Positions 55,769-64,000 of a DNA stretch of 64,000 nucleotides are shown one piece after another; position 1 is the stretch's first letter; each line of letters opens with the position of its first letter. The stretch comes from a virus. Its lineage: Duplodnaviria > Caudoviricetes. The notes beneath the pieces are model-generated. The model was not told where the DNA came from. It saw nothing but the letters and a program-made list of their open reading frames with translations, and did no database searches. The stretch covers positions 31,137 through 95,136 of the IMG/VR virus record IMGVR_UViG_3300032216_001476; one strand, given 5' to 3'. The position numbers were made by a program, and so were the translations under genes.

Positions 55769-58583
55769 AGTAAGGATATCCCTCTTCGTCATCATCAGTT
55801 TCCATATTATACCTAAAACTTGCTGGCATAGAATTCGTATTTTTAACGCCACCCAATATTATTTTAGATGCTGTATCGTGTATTTTATCTTGAGGAACTT
55901 TCATTTTGGAAAGATAATTAACTAATAATGGATATTGATCCCAAGTATAACCATTAGTTCCATAGTTATTTTTATTAACTATAGATTCTCTAGAAACACC
56001 AGGCATAAATTTCACATTACCAGTAGAAGGCATAACATTATAAAGAGGATTAGTTGCGTTCATCATAGCCAACTTCATACGATTATTCCAAGCATTTGCA
56101 AAAGATTTACTATTGTCTGCAATATACTTTCTCATACTATTATCGTATTGTTGATTAGCAATCACATTACCCTTCCATCTTTCTATAGCATTATTAGTGT
56201 TAATTAAGTTATATTGATCAGCACGTTGTTGTTCTTGTGCACCAAAAGTATTAGCAGTAGCAACATTACGTGCATCTACATTTGCAATATCTTGACCCAA
56301 ACCTTCTGCGTTTTGACCTGCTAAAAATGCTAAGTTAGAAGCTAATCCAGTACTAGGTTGATAAGTACCTAATGTATTTGCTGAAGTGTTGTATTGTGAT
56401 TGACGTGCAGCAGCTTTACCTCTCCAATCTTCAAATACTACATTACCTGGAGTATAAGTGGGATTAGGTATATAAGGTAAGAACTTCCTAGGTGCTACCG
56501 CAGCAGTTGCAGCCATATTAAATACATCTGGTTGTAAATAACCAAATGGTATATCAGGAACACTAGGAGGATTAAATGGATTAGGAGGTGTATAATTGTT
56601 CTCTGTTTTACCAGGAGGAATCTCTTTTTGAGGAGTTGTTTGACAATTAACTTCTGCCATATCCTTACTAAAGAATACACTACCATTATCATATCCTGCT
56701 GCTTGTTGTTCTGTTATTTCTACAGGACCATTGGCACCACAAATCCAATATTGATTAGTAGGATCTTTTGGTCTTTCACCTAACATTTGTGCAGTTCTCC
56801 TACCCATATAACCATTAGCAAAATTATCTACATCTTGTTTATTAGATGCAGCAGTAGGACCATATCCTTTCCACATTTGAGTAACTGCATCAGGATTTGA
56901 TTTATTAATAGTATTATAAGAGAATCTTTGTAGATCTTCAATACTATTGATTGGTTGTCCTGTTTGTTTTGCCATATCCATCCAGTAGTTAATATCACCA
57001 TAGATATTTTCATCATTACTAGGATCATAAGTAGTTGGTACATTAGTAGTACGACTTATACCTCCAGCTTTAGTTTTAGATTTTAACCACGGTTGTAACC
57101 AAGGATATTTCTTTTGTAGCTCTTGCATTTTAGGACTTATTGTACTAGAACCAACAGCTCCTTGATATTCTTTAAGATTACCACCATATGCATACTGTTC
57201 TTCTTCTTGTTCAGTATACTCATCTGTATTTAATTCTGGATTTTCTTCTCCCATTTGTTGTTGCATAATAGCTTGTTCTACCATTGCAGCTTGTTCTGGT
57301 ATTACTTTTTTAGCTACTTCAGGAACACCACCTGGGAAGTCTTTCATACTTTCTTGTACAATAGCAAGTTGACCCAACTTCTTCTCATAGTTTTTCACCA
57401 TCAACTGTGCTGTGGTTTTACTAATAGGATCAGCATATGGGTCTTCTATAATTGATTTGTACTTATTTATATTATATTGTTTAGCAAGTTCTGCAGGTGT
57501 AGTACCACCATTACTATAGGATTTTTTACCAAAGTGAGCTAAGACCTCTGGATCTTTAATCTTCATCTTTTTAGTATCACTATATATAAAACTACCTTCT
57601 GGAACATTCAATGGTGTACCCCCATCAACATGACGTTTACCACCAATTTTCAAATGTTCTAATCCACCATCTGCATCTATATCACCATAAACAGTTTCAC
57701 CTGCTTCTGCTTCTATATTAGCTTCTTCTCTAGGTACTTCTTGTATAGTATTTTTTACTATCTCACTTTTAGTTTTAGGCATCTCATAAAATATCTTACG
57801 TTGACCAAGATCTAATCCATAACCAGATTGACCTCCATAAGCCATTTCTTGTGGACCACCTGAAATCCTAATTCTTATTTTTTTCATATCTTCTTCGTTT
57901 GTATTTTCTCCACCATATTCAGCGTACATACCTTTACTCTTAAAACCTAACTCATTAGGTCTAAACATACCATTGTTGACATCATAGTCTCCTCTGTATG
58001 TAGGACCAGTATTTGCAGGATTCATATTTTGATCTCTAAAATACTTATTCCAGTCTTTTTGAGTTTGTTTATTATTATACATATCAACAGCAGCACTACC
58101 TAAACTAAGACCCAATTTAGTAAATCCAGCTACATTATTAATTGTCTGTTCAGCTTTTGGTCCAAACAAAGGATTCTTATAATCAGTACCATATTTATTA
58201 TTATAATAATCCATATAGTTTTTCCTTTGCTTTCTATTACCATTTTTATATGCTAATTCAAAAGCAGCATTATCTTCTCTAAAATCTTTTTGAGGATCAA
58301 ATTCTTCACTCTTAAAAGATCTAGGATAATCACTAGGATTAGCAAATGGGTCATTAGTCATATAACTCATATTCCCTACAGTGATATCTCCTAGACTATC
58401 TTGTTGTGGAACAGTTGCTCTTTTAGGTGTAGACACTTCATTAAAATTAGTCCAGTTATAATTAGATGGACTATTAGCTTTTAATTCAGGAACACAGTTT
58501 CCACTAGGATCTTTTATATATCCATTGGGACACTCACCACCAAATTGAGCTTTAGGTAATTTACCTATGATACGTATACGCAT
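55767..58583 (-). CDS. modular virion structural/cargo protein
   Basis: 938 aa; AQFGG/AEYGG/MAYGG/YAYGG motifs; ANIEAEAGE..GKRHVDGG..IYSD domain; Q/N/A-rich C-terminus. Confidence 0.7.
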   Translation of the reverse strand: MRIRIIGKLPKAQFGGECPNGYIKDPSGNCVPELKANSPSNYNWTNFNEVSTPKRATVPQQDSLGDITVGNMSYMTNDPFANPSDYPRSFKSEEFDPQKDFREDNAAFELAYKNGNRKQRKNYMDYYNNKYGTDYKNPLFGPKAEQTINNVAGFTKLGLSLGSAAVDMYNNKQTQKDWNKYFRDQNMNPANTGPTYRGDYDVNNGMFRPNELGFKSKGMYAEYGGENTNEEDMKKIRIRISGGPQEMAYGGQSGYGLDLGQRKIFYEMPKTKSEIVKNTIQEVPREEANIEAEAGETVYGDIDADGGLEHLKIGGKRHVDGGTPLNVPEGSFIYSDTKKMKIKDPEVLAHFGKKSYSNGGTTPAELAKQYNINKYKSIIEDPYADPISKTTAQLMVKNYEKKLGQLAIVQESMKDFPGGVPEVAKKVIPEQAAMVEQAIMQQQMGEENPELNTDEYTEQEEEQYAYGGNLKEYQGAVGSSTISPKMQELQKKYPWLQPWLKSKTKAGGISRTTNVPTTYDPSNDENIYGDINYWMDMAKQTGQPINSIEDLQRFSYNTINKSNPDAVTQMWKGYGPTAASNKQDVDNFANGYMGRRTAQMLGERPKDPTNQYWICGANGPVEITEQQAAGYDNGSVFFSKDMAEVNCQTTPQKEIPPGKTENNYTPPNPFNPPSVPDIPFGYLQPDVFNMAATAAVAPRKFLPYIPNPTYTPGNVVFEDWRGKAAARQSQYNTSANTLGTYQPSTGLASNLAFLAGQNAEGLGQDIANVDARNVATANTFGAQEQQRADQYNLINTNNAIERWKGNVIANQQYDNSMRKYIADNSKSFANAWNNRMKLAMMNATNPLYNVMPSTGNVKFMPGVSRESIVNKNNYGTNGYTWDQYPLLVNYLSKMKVPQDKIHDTASKIILGGVKNTNSMPASFRYNMETDDDEEGYPY

Positions 58584-58585
58584 AA

Positions 58586-59833
58586 TTAAAGTATTTCTAC
58601 ATTATAACCTTGTGAACGAAGCATTTCTAATTCTTCTGGAGTTACATCCATTACTTGACCACCTTTATCAAAACCTCTTAATATTTGTTCAGCAGCACCA
58701 CTACCTAATAACTTCCTATTATTTTTTGCCATTCTCATTGCTTCCATTAAACCATATTTCTTAATCCACGGTAAAAGTGTTTTATTATTAGCCATTGTTT
58801 GTTTTATAGCACCAGCTCCTTTTACTCCTAAAAATTGTAAAGGTGCAGTAGCAGCATCCATTGCAATATCATTTTCAAGATCACTAAATCTTTGACGATT
58901 ATAAGTACCCATAGGATTAGTATACTGATCACCTATTCTTGTACCCCATGCATTAAGATTACCATTATTTTTTTCTCTTTCTATTTGAGATAGCATATAA
59001 GCATCATCATATTCAGAATCATCAGGTGCTACATAACCAGGATTATTCATAAAAGGAAGAGCTTGAGAATAATAACTTTGTCTATTAACTAAAGGAACAA
59101 ATCCAGGATTTTGATTCAAATACGCTTGTTGTGCCATTTGAAAAAACATTGCTGGATCTACTTGATCTGATACAACACCAGGATAGGGAGTTTGTACAAC
59201 TTCTTCTGCTATTTGTTTAGCTATTTGAGCTTTAGTAGGTTTTTTAGCAGTTTCTGATTTACTACCTACTGATTTAGATTGTACCTTAGAAGCAACTAAC
59301 GCAATTTCAGGTTGTTGTTGTATTGCTTGCATAAGATATTGATTTTCATTAGCTTTACCCGTATAACCCCTCATACCAATAGCTTGTGCCATTTTTTTAC
59401 GAGCTGATAAACTAGAAGGTAAACCTGCTTGATTTAACATATCAACTATACTTACACCTGTATAACCAAGTTTATTATAATTATAATCTTGATCTTCTAA
59501 CATAACAGGACCATATGTACTAGGATAAACATCTCCTTGGAATTGTGGATGGTAATAACCTCCACCGTTTTCAAACCACACACCATTTTGGTATGTAGAA
59601 CCGCCATTTTTCATTGTATTATAATTTTGATTGTAAATTTCTCCTCCATCTTCATGCTGCCATTTAGCAGCATTACGAGCAAAATTTGCTCTTTTAACTT
59701 GTGTACTACTATAATCTTCTTTGTTTGCTAATACATGAGAAGCAAATTCTTGTACACTCATACCTGCTCTATTAGCTGATTCTGTAAATTTACCTTTATT
59801 TGCAGGGTTTATCTTAATACCATTATACGACAT
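58586..59833 (-). CDS. modular virion protein with DUF3597-like domain
   Basis: N-terminal I.I.P.NKGKFT..KRANFARNAAKW module; SIVD.L...SS..ARK..A...G...Y.G.A..N..L module; xxGG linkers. Confidence 0.7.
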   Translation of the reverse strand: MSYNGIKINPANKGKFTESANRAGMSVQEFASHVLANKEDYSSTQVKRANFARNAAKWQHEDGGEIYNQNYNTMKNGGSTYQNGVWFENGGGYYHPQFQGDVYPSTYGPVMLEDQDYNYNKLGYTGVSIVDMLNQAGLPSSLSARKKMAQAIGMRGYTGKANENQYLMQAIQQQPEIALVASKVQSKSVGSKSETAKKPTKAQIAKQIAEEVVQTPYPGVVSDQVDPAMFFQMAQQAYLNQNPGFVPLVNRQSYYSQALPFMNNPGYVAPDDSEYDDAYMLSQIEREKNNGNLNAWGTRIGDQYTNPMGTYNRQRFSDLENDIAMDAATAPLQFLGVKGAGAIKQTMANNKTLLPWIKKYGLMEAMRMAKNNRKLLGSGAAEQILRGFDKGGQVMDVTPEELEMLRSQGYNVEIL

Positions 59834-59838
59834 ATTTT

Positions 59839-62800
59839 TTATTTTTTAAGTTTTTTATAATTAAAAGTTTGTCCACCATATTTTCTATTTTCAGTTATAA
59901 GAACTCTTGTTTTAGGATTCTTAGAACCATACACTACAGCAGCTTCTAATTCAGGAGCTGTTTCAAATCCACTATTATCATATTCTAAACCTAAATCTCT
60001 TTTAGCTTTTTGTAATACTTTATATGGATAAGATCCTGGATCCATTCTTAATTCGTTCTTTTCTGTATTATAAAACAAATTACCATTAGTTACTTGTTTT
60101 CCTGGAAGCCAGTTTAACCAAGTAACAGGATTAAGTGATGTACGAGCTTCTTTTCTACGCATTTCTTCTGTGCTATTTATTGCTCTTTGTGGTGTATTAT
60201 AATAATATAGTGCTCTAAAATAAGGATCAATGTTTGAATCATTTAGTTCAGGATGTACACCTTTTGCAACTTTTTGATCCATTATTCTTTTACTGTTTTT
60301 TAATATAGCAACTGCTGCCATATATGCTTTACGTGTATCTTTTAAATCACTTTTTTTGTTAATACCTAATACTTGCTTTTCTTCATCAGTTAAACTATTT
60401 AATTTAATCTGAAACATTCCAAGACTTCCATTAGGTTTTAAAAATGCCACTTGTTCTTTTATATTGTTATAAAAACTTTTTGGATCATCAAAATTACTTT
60501 CTTGTCCAGCCATACCATATACTACAGGTTTTATTCTATCTAATTCTTGTTGTGTTAATCCAAGTTTATACTTTAAATCATAATCAAGTTCTTTATCTTG
60601 AAACAATCCAAGTAGATCTTTTTTAGTTTGTAGTCTAACTTTAGCACCAGCAAAGTTAGCTGCAACAGGATAATCACTATTTATTAAATCATCTTCAGGT
60701 GTTGTTTTTAAATAAAACTTAGCACTACTGGTTGTGTTTGCTTTACGTTGTGCAATATCTTCTGGTTTTTCAACTATTTTATTTACTGATTGAACACCAT
60801 CATCACCTACTAATTGAGATCTATAAACAACTCCTACTCTATAACGACCATGTCCAAGATCTCTAACAGTACCTTTTTCATCAAGAGGTTCATCAAACCA
60901 CCTACCTCTATTAGCTCCTTTTCCATATCCATGACGTATAGTGGGTGTACCAGTTTGGTCAAATCCAGAAACTGTACCCCAATGTTCTACATGATTATTA
61001 TTTTTTCTTGTTAAAAAAGATGGGGCATCATATTTAAATACATCTGTTCCTCCTGTAGTTAAACCCACCTGATCTCCTATTTTTAAATCTTTATATTTTT
61101 CAACAGGAAAAGGTACATAATTAACATCTACACTTTTTCCATTATAAGGATCCCAAATAGGAATCATACCCTCGTTACGCATCATAGCAGTTCTATAAGC
61201 AGCATTACCAGGTATTAAATTAATTCTAGGAATACCTAATTTTTCAGCAGCATAATCTACAGCTTGTTCTGCACATTGTACACCTTGAGGACAATTTGGT
61301 TTATATACAGATCCTTGAGTTGGTCTATAATTAAAATTTATTCTTTGTAAATTTAAATCTTTAATAGGTGTAATGTATGATCCAATTGTTTTCTTTTTTA
61401 CAATTGTATTTGGATTTACTTCTAATCCCATTTGAGCTTTATTTATTTTAAAACCATAAGGAATATTTCCTCCTAATTGTTTTTTTATAACTGTTAAATT
61501 TGGATAATATATAGTTCTTCCCTCTACTTTTGCATAAGGAATTTTACTACCTACAGATCTGTTTTGATTGATTTGATCTATAATAGTATTAAACTCTCTT
61601 ATTATATTTTTTTCTGTAATACCTGCTTGTGTAGGGAAACCTAAACTATTCAAATTTTTAAAGCCATGAAAATTTAAATCTACTAAATTATCTTTCATGG
61701 CTTTTTGTATCAACTTTAAAGATATAGGATAACTATCAGAAGATAATGAAGTAGCAGGAATAAATGATTGACCTTTAGGAGCTTGTTTAACTGTTCTTAA
61801 TGCATTTAAAATTTCCTTTGCAGGATTATTATTTTGATCTTTTACTAAATAATGAATTAGTTCTTCATCATATTTTAAAGGAACTTCTTGTTGAAAAATT
61901 CCAAAACGAGAATTTAATTTAGAAGCTAAAGAATTATTTACTACATCTTTAGGAAGATAGGGTTTATTTTGATTTACTCTTTGAATAAAAGATGATAATT
62001 GACTAGGATTATTTTGAAATAAAAAAGGATTTTGTGTTACATTTTGTACACTATTAATATGAAAATTTAAAGCTTTTGTTGCTAGAGCATTACTTTGAAT
62101 TAATTCATTATACCTATCAATTAAATTTTGTTTACTGTATCGAGTTAAACTTTTAAGAGTTTCGTCATCTATAGAACTTGAACTTTTCAAAACACTTGTA
62201 AGAAGTTCAGGTGAATCATATATATTTCCACTTTGAGTTACACTTCCTATATAACGAACAGTGTTTAAAAAATCTTCTTCCTTTTTTGTTAACAATTTGC
62301 TAGGATTACCAGAAGATTTAAGACCCAATTTATAAATTAAATTATTTTTTAACTCACTTAATTGAGCTGGAGTACCTATGTATTTTTGAGGAAATTCTTT
62401 TAATGCATTTTTAGTTTTATATAATAAATCCTGTAATGCTGGATTTTGAAAAAAACCATTATTTGGCGTACTAAATTGTTGAAAATCATTCAATTTTTTA
62501 TAACCCCAAAGCCAATCTTTTTTGTATAAATTTGCATTATCACTTATAAAACTATGATCAGTTAATATTCCTGATAAAGATCCTTGAGGTACATAATGAG
62601 GTATCTCACCAGGTGTATTAATACTAGGTATTAAATTATATCTATTATATGGAGTAGTTAACTTAATTTGTTCAAATAAATACTCAGGTCTACCTTCTAT
62701 ATTTTTAAAATCATAAAATTTAGGAGTTGGAATTGCACTATAATTTCCATTTAAATAGTCATCAACAGCATTATCATTTTCAAAAACACGTTGCCACCCT

Positions 62801-63999
62801 GATGCAAATTTTCTTTGTTGCTCAGTTAACCCTTTGTAAGCAGCACCTTTAGGTCTAAATTTAAATGGATTAAGTTTATAAGTATGTGATAAAGTACCAT
62901 TTTTTAAAGAATTATTTATTTCTGTAGGAATATTATTTATTCCTCTAGAAATATTAGACCCTATCTGACGAGCATCTTGTGCTAAATATTGTAATCCAGG
63001 ACTTACTGTTTTAAGTTCTGATAAAAAAGGTGCTATAGAAGCAGCATCAAAAGCTGCTTGTGTATAATTACCTTGAACTAAATCATCACCTGTATTACTA
63101 AAATCATGTAACCATCTAAAAGGATTAACTACAGCAAGAGCATGGTCAAATGGATTTATATCTCCTCTTTCAAAGTTTTGTGGTACATCTTGACCATGCA
63201 TTTTATATTTTAATGCAGTCATTGGGTATGCGTTTTCTACCCAAGCTTGTGCTAATGCAGAACGTGGTTTTTGAGCAGGTCTTATAGTAGCTGGTATTTC
63301 TCTACTTTTTTGTTCAGCATATCTTTCTACATCTGTTGTAGGTATTTTAAATGTACCTGGAGCTGGTGCTACAAATTGAGGAACAAGTCTAGTATCATTT
63401 GGAGAAAACTTTTCTCCACCATTTTGCATAGAACCTTTAATCTTACGCTCTTGTTCTAACATTTCTTTCGTAGGTTCTTTACCACTACCACGATTAGCAC
63501 GAATGTTATCCCAAAGTCCTCTACGAGAATATGATCCATCAGCTCTACGGATCATCTCACCACCATTCTTATAATTTTTAGAATTTTCTAATGCAGAATA
63601 AGTATCATATCCCGTCTCTAAAATATTTCCTAATGTTTTATAAGTGCTTTTTGGTATAAAAGGTAATAACGCTGAAGCTGTATTAACAGTACCTTCTATT
63701 GGTCGTTTGTTTTTAAAAGCGTCATATACTTGATATGCATCTATACCCAGACCAGCAATTTCTGCGGCAATTCCTATAGGACCAGGTATAAACTGAGCAT
63801 AGTCCGTTAAAGCATCAAGAGCATCTAGGTTTACATCTGTGTAGCCAGGTAAATTTTTATTAAGTTTCTTTTTAGAGAGACCTAAATTACTTGCATTAGC
63901 TTGACTACCATTTGGTAAAAAGAAAGGAGCTGCTGTATTATCCCTTGCAGCTTGTGGTGGTACAAACTTAGTTTTACCTATAACAGTAGCTTGTGGAAG
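59839..63999 (-). CDS. virion-associated peptidoglycan hydrolase polyprotein (5'-truncated by window edge)
   Basis: frame stays open from 63555 to the window end (LPQATVIGK...YKNGGEMIRR); CHAP-like QCAEQ..GNA..GD..HWG..H and lytic-transglycosylase-like GQESNF..GMFQIK..YYYN. Confidence 0.72.
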   Translation of the reverse strand, partial: LPQATVIGKTKFVPPQAARDNTAAPFFLPNGSQANASNLGLSKKKLNKNLPGYTDVNLDALDALTDYAQFIPGPIGIAAEIAGLGIDAYQVYDAFKNKRPIEGTVNTASALLPFIPKSTYKTLGNILETGYDTYSALENSKNYKNGGEMIRRADGSYSRRGLWDNIRANRGSGKEPTKEMLEQERKIKGSMQNGGEKFSPNDTRLVPQFVAPAPGTFKIPTTDVERYAEQKSREIPATIRPAQKPRSALAQAWVENAYPMTALKYKMHGQDVPQNFERGDINPFDHALAVVNPFRWLHDFSNTGDDLVQGNYTQAAFDAASIAPFLSELKTVSPGLQYLAQDARQIGSNISRGINNIPTEINNSLKNGTLSHTYKLNPFKFRPKGAAYKGLTEQQRKFASGWQRVFENDNAVDDYLNGNYSAIPTPKFYDFKNIEGRPEYLFEQIKLTTPYNRYNLIPSINTPGEIPHYVPQGSLSGILTDHSFISDNANLYKKDWLWGYKKLNDFQQFSTPNNGFFQNPALQDLLYKTKNALKEFPQKYIGTPAQLSELKNNLIYKLGLKSSGNPSKLLTKKEEDFLNTVRYIGSVTQSGNIYDSPELLTSVLKSSSSIDDETLKSLTRYSKQNLIDRYNELIQSNALATKALNFHINSVQNVTQNPFLFQNNPSQLSSFIQRVNQNKPYLPKDVVNNSLASKLNSRFGIFQQEVPLKYDEELIHYLVKDQNNNPAKEILNALRTVKQAPKGQSFIPATSLSSDSYPISLKLIQKAMKDNLVDLNFHGFKNLNSLGFPTQAGITEKNIIREFNTIIDQINQNRSVGSKIPYAKVEGRTIYYPNLTVIKKQLGGNIPYGFKINKAQMGLEVNPNTIVKKKTIGSYITPIKDLNLQRINFNYRPTQGSVYKPNCPQGVQCAEQAVDYAAEKLGIPRINLIPGNAAYRTAMMRNEGMIPIWDPYNGKSVDVNYVPFPVEKYKDLKIGDQVGLTTGGTDVFKYDAPSFLTRKNNNHVEHWGTVSGFDQTGTPTIRHGYGKGANRGRWFDEPLDEKGTVRDLGHGRYRVGVVYRSQLVGDDGVQSVNKIVEKPEDIAQRKANTTSSAKFYLKTTPEDDLINSDYPVAANFAGAKVRLQTKKDLLGLFQDKELDYDLKYKLGLTQQELDRIKPVVYGMAGQESNFDDPKSFYNNIKEQVAFLKPNGSLGMFQIKLNSLTDEEKQVLGINKKSDLKDTRKAYMAAVAILKNSKRIMDQKVAKGVHPELNDSNIDPYFRALYYYNTPQRAINSTEEMRRKEARTSLNPVTWLNWLPGKQVTNGNLFYNTEKNELRMDPGSYPYKVLQKAKRDLGLEYDNSGFETAPELEAAVVYGSKNPKTRVLITENRKYGGQTFNYKKLKK

Positions 64000-64000
64000 T

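Noticed and set aside
1894-63459. Many short opposite-strand or nested ORFs in the track (e.g. 4025-4405, 8369-8731, 10116-10463, 17380-17880, 33442-33690, 55605-55925, 56495-56692)
   Set aside because: Shadow ORFs of motif-bearing genes, with no motifs of their own.
1-64000. Stop-codon reassignment (TAG or TGA) as in some crAss-like phages
   Set aside because: ORFs up to 3595 aa are intact in the standard code, TAG and TGA end genes at normal boundaries, and no suppressor tRNA is seen.
1-64000. Prophage or integration features
   Set aside because: No integrase, att repeats or host genes in the window.

Overview
AT-rich segment of a crAss-like (Crassvirales-type) lytic phage genome, standard genetic code. 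The host is probably a Bacteroidota member (TAnnTTTG -7 promoters, A-rich leaders without Shine-Dalgarno motifs). 1-5 kb: small early ORFs interleaved with tRNA-Ile2(CAU), tRNA-Leu(UAA), an expanded 136-nt tRNA-like RNA and several closed multi-stem structured elements. 5-32 kb, mostly + strand: DNA and nucleotide metabolism (HNH, SF2 helicase, Ung, MoxR AAA+/VWA pair, DnaA-C-like protein, DnaB, AAA_24/Sak4-like ATPase, primase, PD-(D/E)XK exonuclease, family B DNA polymerase, dNMP kinase, metallophosphoesterase, HAD, ThyX, Dcd, cyclic-phosphate receiver domain). An inverted lysis cassette interrupts this arm at 12.6-14.8 kb. 32-64 kb, - strand: giant virion cargo genes. These include a 3595-aa virion RNA polymerase (DFDVD) fused to DUF4326-like, zincin and SF1B helicase domains, a 2076-aa protein with a C-terminal HD domain, and xxGG-punctuated modular proteins, the last running off the window. 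Top observations: cysteines restricted to the junction-facing termini of the three giant proteins (possible head-to-tail covalent chain), the structured-RNA cluster with a shared GGTNACTATA motif, a composite late-promoter/palindrome element, and a TTT-TGA +1 frameshift gene. All calls come from manual motif reading; no searches or folding were run.
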